Below are positions 7,637-19,100 of a DNA stretch of 64,000 nt, one piece after another. Under the pieces are notes generated by a model. That model did no database searches. It had not been told where the DNA came from and worked only from the letters and a program-made list of their open reading frames with translations. The DNA lies in IMG/VR virus record IMGVR_UViG_3300009093_000043, positions 1-64,000 of that record, one strand, 5' to 3'. Each line of letters opens with the position of its first letter. The first letter of the stretch is position 1. The translations under genes and the position numbers were made by a program. This DNA is from a virus (taxonomy: Duplodnaviria; Caudoviricetes).

Positions 7637-7746
7637 TTCGCGGGCTCCAGAGAGGGTTGACGTTCCCCTTCCCTACTGGAACCCATCGAGTTCTAAGCGA
7701 GCTCACACCTTGGAATAAGCCTAGAATCTTAGCTTTCCCGGTGTTT

Positions 7747-8682
7747 TTATGCCAGCTCTGCCAACTCTTCGTGGCTCATGCCGAAGTCCTTTTGGAGCTT
7801 CGCATAGTTGAGCTTCACGGATCCGCCTTCGAAATCGAGGTATCTCGCCCCGGTCACCACCACGAGTCTCATGACGAAGGCGACCGGGAAGAGGGTGAAC
7901 GTTCCGAACCCGAGCGAGTTCATCATGAAGCCGAGAACGGACCCCGGAAGGCTCGCGAGGAGGTCGGAGAGAGTGATCGCTCCGGTTGCCGCGTCAAGCA
8001 TGTCCTTCAAGTGCCACTCGAACTCGACGACGTTGAACCAGATCCAGACGTAGATCCCGACCATGAGCGCCTTGCTGACGGTCGGAAGATTCTTCCGGAG
8101 CCAGACATCGAACTGGTCGACGTGGGGCTTGACATGGTCGTGGAGGAACTTCATGAACTTCGGAGAGAGCTTCACGAGCTTCTCGATCAGGGCGTTCAAG
8201 CTGATCATCTTCGCTTCGGGGAAGGTGTAGATCTTCAGAGGCCAGGTCTTGAAGGCGTGCTCCATGGCCTTTCGAAGATAGTGGTACCCTTCCTTCACCA
8301 GCTCCTTCAGTTTCCCGGGGAGTTGGTCGAGACTCTCGATCCCGATCAGCTTCTTGAGGTGGTCCCAGACGTTCGGGTTCGCCTTGATCGCTGAGGCGAT
8401 CTCCTTCATCTTCGTGATGAGGCTTCCGAGTCCTGCGACGCGAACCGAACCCTCGTCGGAGATCAGAGCCCCCTCGGCCATCGCTACGAGGATCTCTCGC
8501 GTCGAGTCGGACGAAGCCGTCTTCCCGGGGAAGACCTCCGAGCACACCTGAGAGGCGACTCGTCGAATCTCCATCCTCGCCACTACACGAGAGACCATCT
8601 CCGCGCGAGCCGCTACCCGCTGAGCGCTTTCGGCTCGACGGGTGACTCTCACGGACATCTCGTATAGGGCTTCGGAGTTCAT
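7747..8682 (-). CDS. membrane-associated hypothetical (possible virion) protein
   Basis: 311 aa; repeated RVA(A/V)R motifs at the N-terminus; hydrophobic C-terminal helices. Confidence 0.7.
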   Translation of the reverse strand: MNSEALYEMSVRVTRRAESAQRVAARAEMVSRVVARMEIRRVASQVCSEVFPGKTASSDSTREILVAMAEGALISDEGSVRVAGLGSLITKMKEIASAIKANPNVWDHLKKLIGIESLDQLPGKLKELVKEGYHYLRKAMEHAFKTWPLKIYTFPEAKMISLNALIEKLVKLSPKFMKFLHDHVKPHVDQFDVWLRKNLPTVSKALMVGIYVWIWFNVVEFEWHLKDMLDAATGAITLSDLLASLPGSVLGFMMNSLGFGTFTLFPVAFVMRLVVVTGARYLDFEGGSVKLNYAKLQKDFGMSHEELAELA

Positions 8683-11600
8683 GGGAGGACGAGCTGGATT
8701 CCGACGAGACCGCGGCAGGCGCTGGTGGAGCTGGTAGCGGGGACGTTCCGCCAGTTCAGAGCCTTACCGGTGGCGTTGTTGCGGAGGAAGACCTGGACCA
8801 AAACGGGGCACTTCCCTTCCCCGTTCAGGAAGAGGGCCCCCATAGGACCGAGATTGACCTCGACCTGGGCGTACTGAACTCCGCTCGCGGGGTCGATCCG
8901 ATCGAAGGTGTTCGGACCTGGGACGAGACATCCCGCCCCGTCGGACGCGGGGTCTTGCTTCGAGGGGCCCGACCCGTCCACTCGCCCGGCATCCATGAAC
9001 GTCGTGAGCCCGGGGACCTTCACCCCACAGGCAAGGCCGATCCCTCCGGGACCCGGACCGACGAAGGCGAAGTCCGAGAGCGTGACTCCCCAGAGACGGA
9101 GGATGATCGAGGTAGCTCCGACGTTCGCCGCCCCGGCGTCGAAGACACGCTGGTACGCTCGGGTGTTGGTAGCCGCCGAGTAGTCGGGACCGACGGGCTC
9201 GTAGCCCGTCGAGTAGTTGTCCTGGGGGTAGAGGCAGATACCGCGGGAGGGGAAGGGAGCCGTCACCCCATCCGTGTAGGGCGGGTTGCGCTCGGGAAGT
9301 CCCGCGACCTGGAGAGAGAGTGAGATCCCCGGGACCGCCGAGGTGACAAGGTTCTCGGCCGAGAGTCCGCCGAAGTAGTAGCCGACCCAGTTCGGATCTC
9401 CGCTCAGCGGACGAACCGGAACTGGAATCGCCCCGACTCCGTGAGGGAGACCCGGCCCGATCAGCTGACTGAGAAGCGTCGCGTCAGCGAGCGGGGCCCA
9501 GTTGAGGGGATAGCGGTAGATCTCATCGAGGAACCGCTCGTCGCTGTCCTTCGTGGTGTTCTGGACTGCGTTGGTGACGGCCGCCGGGTTCCCGTACTTC
9601 GGGAAGACGACACCGGTGACGTCCGCCATCGAGTGGAAGAGGATCTTCGGAGCGCCGCCCGCGGAAGATACCGCAGTGAGACCCGTCGCCGGAAGAGCCG
9701 GGAGCGGATACCCTGTCGACCCGTCCACGTTCTGAGGGCGACGAACGAAGACTCGAACCTTCGCGTTCTCGGTGAACGCGGGGGTGTTCGGATCGCCCTG
9801 GAAGGCGATCCGGTTCACGACGAGACCGACCGGGAGGTTCACGAACGCGGGGTCTCCGGGAGCCGGGTTCGTCGCCCCGCCGGCCAGAAGGTCCGCGAAG
9901 CCGAGTTCGATCCGCGAGCGCTTCGCCTTACCGAGACCTCCGGGAAGAAGGAAGGGGAGGGCTCCAGCGTTGATCGTGATCGTGGAGGTGTCGGGGGCCT
10001 CGGTTCCCTCGTAGCTGAACGAGGCGAGGGAGATGAAGACGGGGTTCTGGTTGAGAGCGAAGCTCCGCGGGTCTCCGAAGAGCGGGCCCGAGGTCGGGAC
10101 CGTGTCGTGGGACCGGTAGGAGGAGTTGAAGACGTTCGTGATCGCGAGATTGAGGGTCGTGAGACCACCGACCGGAGTTCCCGTCGCGGGGTTCAGCGGG
10201 ACCCAATAGTCCACGCCCGAGACCGTCGTCTTCTTTGAAGAGGTGAACCCGAACGTGTTCGTCGGACCGGGCATCGTCGGAACCGACAGCCCGTTCGGGT
10301 CTTCCTCGACCTCCGAGGAGTTCGTGGAGTACGTCGAGGAGATCGCGGGAGGCGAGGGGGTCGCGTTGATCAGGTTCGGGATCTCAGCCGCCCCCGACCA
10401 CGAAACGAGATTGATCGAGTAGACCTTGTCGGCCGTCGGGACGACCCCGCCCACGACGTAGGACTCGAAGAACTCCTCGCGGCGGAAGTGGACGAGGGCG
10501 TAGGAACCGTCTCGACGAAGAGCGCCAGTCGCTCCCACTGCGAGGACGAAACGGTGACGAAAGCGGGCGATCTGGATCGCCCAGTAGTCGGCCGTGAAGT
10601 CGTCGTACGCTCCGGCCTGGGGAACCGTTCCCGTCGAAGCCGGGGGGAGCGTGTTGAAGAAGCGGGCCGTCTCGTCGGTCGGGAGACGTGGGGTGTACTT
10701 CAGCCCGTTCGCTCCGGTGCTGTAGTCGTCGAGGTACGGAAGACGGTAGGCGAAGAAGTTGCCATTCGTGCCGATACCGCCGCGAGCGCTCGCGGTAGCC
10801 CCGAGAATCGGCATCCCGTTCGCCGTCGTGTTCGGAGAGAACGGGGTCGCGGAGGTGTCGGTGAGGAGTCGAACCTGACCCGCTCCCGGATTCGCCGTCG
10901 GAGCCGGTCCGCCGGTGCGGGAGGTCCCGGTCTGGATCTCGTTCAGATCGTACTGGCCCGCCGCCGCCCCGGGGAAGTCGTAGGGCGTCGGGGGACCGAA
11001 GGTCCAGATCCCGCCCGGATCACCGTCGCAGCCCGCTCCGCCGGTCCCGATGCCCGCGCCGAGCAAGAGAGCCGCCACGCAACGATTCGTGATGTCGGCG
11101 ATCGAAGTCGCGGCTACCGGAGCCGAGAGGTCTCCCGGAGCCCACTTCACGAGCGCGAGGACGCCTCGATCCGCCGGGGAGACGATCCCCGAGACGACGC
11201 AGGCGATGTTTCCGCCGACCGAGAGGGGAATCGTCCCCAGGGTCCGCCACGAGGGATACCCGTCCGCCGGAAGTGGGCCGCCTCCCGTGTTCATGGACAC
11301 GGTGGAGAACACGGCGTGGGCCTTTCCGATCCCTCCGCCCGTGTAGATGTTCGCCCCGTCCACGATGTTGAAGACCGGGTCGTTGTGGGGGTCGAAGCCC
11401 GTCGAATCGCGGGAGACCGGGGCGCGCCAGTAGTACGGGTAGATCGCCTCCGGATCGTTCACCGTCGAGAGATCGAGAGGACCGTCCCACAGCTTCAGGA
11501 TGCCCCAGTCCGGGACTCCAGAATTGGTCGAGCCCAGCCAAGGCGGGCCCGATGAACCGATAGGCCCGGGGGCGGGCGGGACGAGGGCCGCTAGCTCCCC

Positions 11601-11792
11601 GAGGGCACCCTCTACGTCTCCGGCGAGGTACCGCTGGAAAGCGTCCTGGATCGAGATCGCTTCGGCCGGGAGCGTGTTTACGATGCCTCCCGAGGCCACT
11701 TCCGAGGGCGTGACGGAAGAGGGGCTGACGGAGCCCGGGATTGCCGACCCGGCTCCGATCACGATCGTGGAAGGATCTACGCGACGCGGCAT
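8679..11792 (-). CDS. large virion structural protein
   Basis: 1037 aa, Gly/Pro/Thr-rich, within the structural cluster. Confidence 0.7.
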   Translation of the reverse strand: MPRRVDPSTIVIGAGSAIPGSVSPSSVTPSEVASGGIVNTLPAEAISIQDAFQRYLAGDVEGALGELAALVPPAPGPIGSSGPPWLGSTNSGVPDWGILKLWDGPLDLSTVNDPEAIYPYYWRAPVSRDSTGFDPHNDPVFNIVDGANIYTGGGIGKAHAVFSTVSMNTGGGPLPADGYPSWRTLGTIPLSVGGNIACVVSGIVSPADRGVLALVKWAPGDLSAPVAATSIADITNRCVAALLLGAGIGTGGAGCDGDPGGIWTFGPPTPYDFPGAAAGQYDLNEIQTGTSRTGGPAPTANPGAGQVRLLTDTSATPFSPNTTANGMPILGATASARGGIGTNGNFFAYRLPYLDDYSTGANGLKYTPRLPTDETARFFNTLPPASTGTVPQAGAYDDFTADYWAIQIARFRHRFVLAVGATGALRRDGSYALVHFRREEFFESYVVGGVVPTADKVYSINLVSWSGAAEIPNLINATPSPPAISSTYSTNSSEVEEDPNGLSVPTMPGPTNTFGFTSSKKTTVSGVDYWVPLNPATGTPVGGLTTLNLAITNVFNSSYRSHDTVPTSGPLFGDPRSFALNQNPVFISLASFSYEGTEAPDTSTITINAGALPFLLPGGLGKAKRSRIELGFADLLAGGATNPAPGDPAFVNLPVGLVVNRIAFQGDPNTPAFTENAKVRVFVRRPQNVDGSTGYPLPALPATGLTAVSSAGGAPKILFHSMADVTGVVFPKYGNPAAVTNAVQNTTKDSDERFLDEIYRYPLNWAPLADATLLSQLIGPGLPHGVGAIPVPVRPLSGDPNWVGYYFGGLSAENLVTSAVPGISLSLQVAGLPERNPPYTDGVTAPFPSRGICLYPQDNYSTGYEPVGPDYSAATNTRAYQRVFDAGAANVGATSIILRLWGVTLSDFAFVGPGPGGIGLACGVKVPGLTTFMDAGRVDGSGPSKQDPASDGAGCLVPGPNTFDRIDPASGVQYAQVEVNLGPMGALFLNGEGKCPVLVQVFLRNNATGKALNWRNVPATSSTSACRGLVGIQLVLP

Positions 11793-11796
11793 GAGC

Positions 11797-14700
11797 TCAA
11801 TCTCCGACCGTCAAGAGAAGGTTTCGCGTGCGGTACAAGGCTGCCGCCGTCCGAATCGAGGGCGAGTCGGTGAAGGCGAGCTTGTTGTCCTGGTCGAGTT
11901 CGGCGAAACGCGAGATCACCATGAGGATCAGTTCCCCACGGCGGAAGAGGAGGGTGTCCACGGCAGACCGTACGAGCATCGACTGGAACACCTTGTGGCG
12001 CGTCGGTCCGAAGAGGGGCTGGGCGATCGCGGTCGGCTTGTACCCGAGCGGGTTGGACGTGTCGTAGTAGACGCGGAACTCGGGGTCCACGACGGGGCCC
12101 CGTCCCGAGTCTCCGAGCTGGATGTCGTTCGTCCCGTCAACCTGGACGAAGGAGTGGAGGCTGAGGAGGCCCGTGTTCGAGGAGAAGTCCGAGATCGCGA
12201 TCTCCGCGAGCGCCGAGAAGTACCACTCCTTCGGAGTCGAGGCCGGAGGACGACCGGTCGCGATTGCGATCTGATCGAGAGGCGAATCGTACGGGAAGCC
12301 GAGGTCGGGAGATCCCTTACCAGCCTGACCTGACCAGATCTCCGTCGAGACCGCGATGGGCTCCACCGTGAGGGTCGTCGGGAGTTGGCCCGCGGGAATC
12401 GCTCCGGCCTGGACGCCTGCCGTCTGGGGAGCATTCGAGCGGTAGTAGATCGCCGTCTGGTAACCGGCCGCCCCGGCGTTCGGGACGGCGTCCTGGGGGT
12501 AGTAGTGGATCGTGATCAGCGTCTGGTTCGCGACGGCGACCGCGAGATTGATGAGACGCTCTGAGCTTCCGTAGGTCGTTCCGACCGCCGGGGCGACTCC
12601 GTTCGCCGTCATCGAGTCCGCGAAAAATCGACGCGGGGGATAGGCGGTCGAACCGGTACGAGTGACGATCGTGTCGACGACGATCGCTGCCCCCGGAGCC
12701 GACTTCTGTTCGAGCTTCACCTCTCGGTAGCCCTGGCGGAACTTCGGGTTCGGGATCCAGTTCGACTTCATCTCCGCCGGACGCTGAGTCGGGTCGTTCT
12801 CGACGATCGGACCGGCGTCGTAGCCCGTGTATCCTGAAGCGGAAGACGGGGTGAGCGTGATGTCGGGGGTCTGGGTGAGACCGGCTCCAGTCGGGTACGT
12901 GATCTCCAGCTCGATGAAGAGCCGACGCGTACTGCCGTTGTCGACCGCCGGGTCAGCGACGACAGGATGGTCCGCGGCCGTACCGCCGTCGTTCACGACT
13001 AGGTGATTCGCGTCGAGAGTGATCGTGAGGACGTTCGTCCCGACTCCAACCACCGAGCTGAGCTGGGTGGACTGGTTGATCGGAGAGACGCTGTGGCCGT
13101 CGTCGTGGTAGACCGAGAGGACGTCGGTTACCTTCGTACCAGCGGGCCAGAAGCTCGCGACGGCCTGGTTGGCGACGTCCGGAGTCGTCCAGTTCTGAAG
13201 CGTCGTCGGGTTCAGGGCGCCCGCCCCAGAGAAGGTGAACGTGACCTGATCGCCCTCGCACCACGAGAGGGCCGAGGGAGGCGCCTTCGTGACGACGATC
13301 CCGGTAGGATGGGACCCCGTCGGGAGAACTTCGAAGACGACCCGCTCCACGACCGACTGAGCGCCGAAGCGACGGGCGATGTGGTCGTAGTTGCGAACGT
13401 TGTCCCCGCGAAGAGTCGTACCGGAAGAAGGCGGAGCGCCTCCTTGGCCAGCGAGGCGTCCCACCTCGTCGCAGAGGAACGGGTAGGTGGACTGATCGCC
13501 CGAGCCGTTTCCGATCGTCGTGTAGTCGGAACCGTCGACCTGCCACGTCGCGGTCTTCTTGTCGAGGAGGCTCTGGGTTTGGTACTTCAGCTCGCTCCCG
13601 AAGTCGAAGCCGGGAGGAGTGACGTGGCGTCGAAGATCCAGAACGTCCGTAGCGGCGATGATGTCGGCGAAGAGACCGTCCGGACGATCGGACTTTCCCG
13701 AGGCGATCAGGTACGGACCCGAGGCGTTGAGGTTCCCGTTCGGGAAGTTGTTCGCGTGAGCGACAGGAAGGCCGCCGTTCGCGTTCGCGACGGGCGAGAA
13801 GCCTCCGGTCAGCGTCGTGTCGTTTCGGCGGAAGACGAAGGCGATCGGAATCGCGTAGACGAAACCGTCCACCGTCCCGAGCGCGAAGGCCGAAGCCTGG
13901 GTCCCGTTCCCCGCGATGTAGAGGCCGCCGTCTTCGAAGCCGTACGCCGAGGCGTCCGAGTTCCCCGTGACCGTCGTCGTGTTCGCCGGAACGAACGGGT
14001 ACGTAGCGATCGGGGCGCCTTGCGTCCCCTGGGCGAGGACGTTCGTGTTCGAGAAGCCGTCGGGCTGGGTCTTCGGATTGATCCCGCCTCCGCCGGAGGA
14101 CGAGAAGACGCGGATCCTGTACTGGACCTGGACACGCTGAGCGGTCTCGATATTGAGGACCGGATCGGTGATGACGTCGGGGAGCGCGACTCCGAGCGGG
14201 CTCGTCACGTTGCCGTGGCGGTAGACGGTGCTCTGGGAAGGCTTGTTCGCGCGGTTCGCGCCTCCAGCGAAGGTCGCACCGCTGAGGACGATCGAGTTCG
14301 CGATCGCCTGGGTGCGGGAGATCGCGATCGAGTTCCCGGCGGTCCCGCCGAACGTCGCGCTCGCCGTGATCTGAGCTGTCCCGAATGTGTTCGCCGCTAC
14401 GAAGTTCGGCGACAGGCCGTTCGCAGGGTTGTTGATCGCGTTCGCGAGGTTCGTAGCCGTGATCGAGGAGTCGCCTCCGATCGCGAACCCCGTCGGTCCG
14501 CCACCGTTCGCCGTGAAGACGACGAGAGGGCCGCCCGCACCAGTCGCGTCGATCGTGACGGTGTCGCCCGCGGAGACCGTCTGAGGAGACTCGATCGTGA
14601 TCGTAGCCGCTGCGCGCGGGCTAGGAGCGACGAGGGTCCGCCAGACCTCCAGGAAGACGAAGTCCGTGCGCTTCACGTCCGGAGCCGCGCCCGAGGACGC

Positions 14701-15084
14701 AGACGGGACCGGGAGGTCGATCTCATTCGTCCCGGGGGTCGTCGTGTTCGTGTACTCGATCGTGATCGGCATCCCCGCTACGAACGCGAGGCGCTTCTTC
14801 ATGAAAAAGCGGTTCACGTTCCCCGCGAGCGCGGACGGGAAGGTGAAGTCCGAGGAGGAGTCTCGGCTTCCCTGGCTCTTCATGAAGCCTGAGGGAAGCG
14901 TCGAACCGGTGAGGAGGAGGTTCGCGTACTCCGCAGCCCCGGCCGAGAGGTTCAGTTCGGCGTCGAGGACCGCCTTACCGCTCTGGTAGACGACGTCAGC
15001 CCACGAGTATTCCCCCGCGGGAATGTCCCGAGAAACCGTCGTGGGGTTCGCTGGGTCGTTGTAGTATCTGCGGTTGAAAGGCAT
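11797..15084 (-). CDS. virion tail/baseplate-associated protein (DUF6519-like N-terminus)
   Basis: 1095 aa; VVYQSGKAVLDAELN and RTDFVFLEVW motifs resemble phage tail-fibre/baseplate attachment domains. Confidence 0.65.
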   Translation of the reverse strand: MPFNRRYYNDPANPTTVSRDIPAGEYSWADVVYQSGKAVLDAELNLSAGAAEYANLLLTGSTLPSGFMKSQGSRDSSSDFTFPSALAGNVNRFFMKKRLAFVAGMPITIEYTNTTTPGTNEIDLPVPSASSGAAPDVKRTDFVFLEVWRTLVAPSPRAAATITIESPQTVSAGDTVTIDATGAGGPLVVFTANGGGPTGFAIGGDSSITATNLANAINNPANGLSPNFVAANTFGTAQITASATFGGTAGNSIAISRTQAIANSIVLSGATFAGGANRANKPSQSTVYRHGNVTSPLGVALPDVITDPVLNIETAQRVQVQYRIRVFSSSGGGGINPKTQPDGFSNTNVLAQGTQGAPIATYPFVPANTTTVTGNSDASAYGFEDGGLYIAGNGTQASAFALGTVDGFVYAIPIAFVFRRNDTTLTGGFSPVANANGGLPVAHANNFPNGNLNASGPYLIASGKSDRPDGLFADIIAATDVLDLRRHVTPPGFDFGSELKYQTQSLLDKKTATWQVDGSDYTTIGNGSGDQSTYPFLCDEVGRLAGQGGAPPSSGTTLRGDNVRNYDHIARRFGAQSVVERVVFEVLPTGSHPTGIVVTKAPPSALSWCEGDQVTFTFSGAGALNPTTLQNWTTPDVANQAVASFWPAGTKVTDVLSVYHDDGHSVSPINQSTQLSSVVGVGTNVLTITLDANHLVVNDGGTAADHPVVADPAVDNGSTRRLFIELEITYPTGAGLTQTPDITLTPSSASGYTGYDAGPIVENDPTQRPAEMKSNWIPNPKFRQGYREVKLEQKSAPGAAIVVDTIVTRTGSTAYPPRRFFADSMTANGVAPAVGTTYGSSERLINLAVAVANQTLITIHYYPQDAVPNAGAAGYQTAIYYRSNAPQTAGVQAGAIPAGQLPTTLTVEPIAVSTEIWSGQAGKGSPDLGFPYDSPLDQIAIATGRPPASTPKEWYFSALAEIAISDFSSNTGLLSLHSFVQVDGTNDIQLGDSGRGPVVDPEFRVYYDTSNPLGYKPTAIAQPLFGPTRHKVFQSMLVRSAVDTLLFRRGELILMVISRFAELDQDNKLAFTDSPSIRTAAALYRTRNLLLTVGD

Positions 15085-15148
15085 GTGGTCGTCGTAGTAG
15101 CGCTTGTCTCTGAGAGGAGGAGGTCAGAGCGTTCGGAGCCACACTCCG

Positions 15149-15781
15149 TTAGAAGGTCAACCGCCAGGTGATCGTCAAGATCGAAGTGTTCGGCTTCGAG
15201 ACGACCGAGAAGGTGAGGTAGTTCGCCTCGATGTCGTAGAGGGTGAGGTCGATCGTCGGGTCGTACGTCGGGAAGACCGACGGGACCGGGTTCGTGACAA
15301 GGGGGTTGAGGCTCTTCGTCCTCATGAGACCCATCTCGTTCAGCGGGCCGACCGCTTCCGACTCGCCGAAGATCGTGGTGAAGTCGACGATGTTCGTGGG
15401 AACCGCAGAGACCGCTCCGGCCTGGTTGCGGAAGGTCGTGCTGGAGAAGGGCTTCCGCGCGATCTCCGCGTTGAGGTGGCGCTGGCGCGGGTCCGGCGCG
15501 TCGGGGTTGAGGAGAGGTCCGGTCGCCCCGGTTCCGACCGCGAGCATGGTGAGACCCGAGGTCCCGGTCGAACCCGCCGCGAAGAGCATCGCCGCCAAGA
15601 CGCCTCCGTCACGGGTGATGATGTTGTCCAGCTCGCGGTAGTCCTGGATCTCTCCAGTCTTCGCGTCCTTCACTTCGATGAAGAACTGACCCCGAGCGCC
15701 CAAGATCATGTCCTGGTAGTGGGAGTTCAACCCGAACTTGAGGCCTTGGCGGGCGCGCTTTACGGATTCTCTAGCTCTCAC
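15149..15781 (-). CDS. tail-collar/baseplate structural protein
   Basis: 210 aa; NIIT..G...LAVGTG...L.AEIARK...F.T.F...EA.GPL.E.GL...ITWRLTF pattern. Confidence 0.65.
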   Translation of the reverse strand: MRARESVKRARQGLKFGLNSHYQDMILGARGQFFIEVKDAKTGEIQDYRELDNIITRDGGVLAAMLFAAGSTGTSGLTMLAVGTGATGPLLNPDAPDPRQRHLNAEIARKPFSSTTFRNQAGAVSAVPTNIVDFTTIFGESEAVGPLNEMGLMRTKSLNPLVTNPVPSVFPTYDPTIDLTLYDIEANYLTFSVVSKPNTSILTITWRLTF

Positions 15782-15927
15782 GGTGTCTCCGTCTCTTCAT
15801 AGGAGCGGTAGCGCGGCCATGATTTGGCCACGTAGACGTTACCGGACTCGCTGAGGAAAAACGGACCTGTAACCCCGAGAGGTGGAATTCGATCGATGAG
15901 ATCTTTCCTTCAAGTACCATAATCTCC

Positions 15928-16185
15928 ATGAAGAAAGTATCAGACCCTATCGAAACCCTAATCCGAAAGGTGGAACTTGCGATCCAAGAACTTCGTGATG
16001 CCTTGTCCATAGAAGATCAGCCTCACGAGGAACCCGAAGCCGAGCCCGACTTCCACTCCCGCGCCTGGTGGGAGCGATACGACAAACAGGCGGAGGCTCG
16101 GGACCGAGCCCCGAAGGACGAGTACGGTCGCCCCGTCGACCTCTTCGGGAACCCGATTGAGCCTGACCCTTGGGAAAAGTGGTGA
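15928..16185 (+). CDS. hypothetical protein
   Basis: 85 aa, inserted on the opposite strand between structural genes. Confidence 0.55.
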   Translation: MKKVSDPIETLIRKVELAIQELRDALSIEDQPHEEPEAEPDFHSRAWWERYDKQAEARDRAPKDEYGRPVDLFGNPIEPDPWEKW

Positions 16186-19100
16186 CTACGGAGTGAGGAT
16201 GATGATGACTTCGCGATCGACGCCACCACCGCCAGATCCGGGAACGACCCCGGCCGAGGGCCAGTTGGGGGTCAAGATCGCCGGACGGAGGCCCGTAGGA
16301 AGCGGGTTGGGCCCGGAGTACGGGGTGACGTAGCTCGCCGGACCCAATAGGCCCAAGACCCCCGCCGCCCCTCCCGAGGCTCGAAGGAAGGTACTGAGGA
16401 CTCCGGGACCGGGTCCAGGGAACGGCCCGGAGGCGGTACCCGAGCCCGTGTAACCGAAGTTCTCCGAGTAGCTCGCTCCGTCGATCCCCAACTCTCGGAG
16501 ACCGGTTCCGTTTCCGGGACCGTCGCAGAAGGACGAGATCTTCCCCTCGGACCCTCCGTCGTCCAGTTGGAAGAAGTCCATCTGTTCGTAGAGGACGTTG
16601 GGGTCGTCGTTGAACTGACGGACGAGGTACTGATCTCGAAGGAAGTAGTTCGGGTCGACCGGGCCCGCGGGCGGGAAGGCCGGAGTCGGTCCGCCGTCGC
16701 CGGAGACCGTCGTCACCGTCGCCTCTCCCACCTGGCTCATAGGAACGGGAGGCGTCCCCTCGTTCAGGACAGTCTGGGACTCTTGAAGCGGTTGAGACTC
16801 CAGGTACGTGTTCGTGATCGGCTTCGAGACGGCGAAGACGATCGTCACGGGGAACCCGGCCGAGGGCAGGGCGTTCGAGAGAGTGATCTCTTGGCTGTCG
16901 GAGTTGAAGCGCCAGGTCGCGGGCGATAGTGGGACTCCCTCGACGATGACCTGGAAGACGCGGTTCGCGAAGATGTGGGCGGGTCGGATCGAAACGCGGG
17001 TCGTGGTGAGAGAGGCGACGACAACCTGCTCAGGCGTGAAGTCCTTCAGGTATTCACCGCTGGAGATCACGTTCCACTGGTTGAGCACCATCTTCTGAGG
17101 CGCTCGGTAGTCGATCGACGTGTGGGTGAAGACGCGGTACCGGACCTCATTCCAGAGCTGGAGAGAGGACGCCGCGGGGTTCAGCTTCCCGAAGAAGACA
17201 CTTCCGAAGCGAGTGTCGCTCGTGGAGCGAGGGAGACGCGCGTATTCGACGCGAGCCCAGGCGGCCGTCGGATCGAGGGACTGAGTCGCGAAGTCTCCAG
17301 TGTACCCGGAGGGTGGGTTGAGATCGGGGCGAAGGAAGATCGCGCCGAACGTCGGATCGACGAAGAGGCGAACCCAGCACTCACTCGTCCAGTCCATCTC
17401 GACGATCACGGAGGACGGATCGGAGTTCGGAACGGAGAGACCGTCGGTTCGGGGGATCTCCCAGTTGTCGAGGTCGCCGAAGTCGCCGCCCTTCCAGATC
17501 CCGAAGGTCCGGTGAAGGTTCGAGACCCCCACGATGTTCTCGAAGAGCGAGAGGCTGAAGAGCGAGGCCTCGAAGGACGCGCCGCTCTCCAAGTCGAGGT
17601 AGCCGAACGAGACGCCGTCCGAGGGGGCGATGAAGACGGGGAACGAGGCGAAGGGAGCCGTTCCCAGCAGGATGTCGTTCTCGTAGAGGCTGACGAGGTT
17701 CCCCGAGGGTGAGACGTTCAGTCGGTACGTCCTCGGGACGCCGTCGCTCCAGTTCGAGCCTACGAGGAGCGCGGCTCCCAGGGTCGAGGGGTCGCATAGG
17801 AGGATCGAGTCCGGACCCGAGAAGGCGACACCGATCTGACGCCCGCCGACGTCCGCGACGAACATGAGGCCGATGAAGTTCGCCCCCGAGCCCGAGACCA
17901 CGAACGAATCGACCGAAAGACGAAACTCGACCGTTCGATCTGTCGTCGTGAGAACCGGGAGAGACTTCGAGACGAGCCAGTCGGTCCCCGCGCCCGCGCC
18001 TGAAATCAGCGTTTCCGGACCGTTCGCGAACGTCACGGGCGTTCCGAAGTCGACCCATCCTTGAGAGGTGTAGGTGGTCGCGCCGACGAGGGAGATCGTA
18101 GCCTGGGGGAAGATCCTCTTCCCAGACCCGCCGTTGTTCTGGAAGAGGAGGTTACCCAACCGCGCTTCGCGGTGAGTGTCCTTCATGGAGATCGCGGCGC
18201 CGCCCGCTCCCGATGTATCTCTCGACAGCGAGAGGTGAGCGTCGAGAGCTACGACACGTCGACCGTCGAGGAACGGATCAATCAGGCCGTAGCCGTACTG
18301 AGTGTCGAGGGAAGCCTCGCCCGGAGTCCCGGTGAGTCGAAGGACACCCGAGACATTCGCCGAATCTCCGTACGGAGTCGTGAGGAACCACTCAGCGTCT
18401 TCCGGGTTCCCGGTCATCGTCGTGTCGACGACGGTTCCGCGAGAGAAGAGGGTCCCGCCGTCTGGCGTCGAGAGGTAGCGGACGAAGTCCCAGAGGGTCG
18501 TGTTCGTCGCCTTTCGGGAGAACGAGCCCCAGAGGTAGCGACCCGAGCCCATCGGGAGAACGTCGGGGCCGAGGTATGCGGGGGAGGAAAGGATCGGCCC
18601 GCCGATCACGGTGACGAGAGAACCTCCGGTGGCTCCGCCGAAGAGGAGCTGGACCGAGTCGTTCTTCGTGTCGGCGTAGAGGCGCCATGTGCACAGGCCG
18701 GCGTCCCACTCGGTCTCGAAGACGAGGTCCGCGAACTTGTTCCCGAAGAGGGCCGGATTCTCGGGGAAGCCCGGACCATCCACGACGATCGTGACAAGGT
18801 TCCGGGAGCTGTCGATGAAGACCTGGTCGACGGTGTAGACGCCCGTCTGGTTGCCGACGAGGATCTGGAATCGATTCCCCGCTGTGAGGAGCCTCGGGGC
18901 CGAGTCGAGCGGGACGGTGACGACGGTCGCGCTGAGGATCGTTCCCGGAGCCTTCGGGCCGACGATCCAAGAGGATACGTCACGAATCTCGCCCGGGCGC
19001 GCGAGGAGACCGATGTGCTTCAGTCCGTTCACGACGAGCGCGCCCGCGAGGTAGAGGCGGTGATCGTTGTGGAAGCCGAAGCCGACGCCAGTGAAGACGC

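Noticed and set aside
13003-14892. Long plus-strand ORFs opposite the structural genes (also 25022-26803, 33967-35658, 43970-45739, 58530-60050, 61089-62387)
   Set aside because: Arg/Gly/Val-rich antisense shadows expected in high-GC DNA, with no motifs, overlapping well-supported genes.
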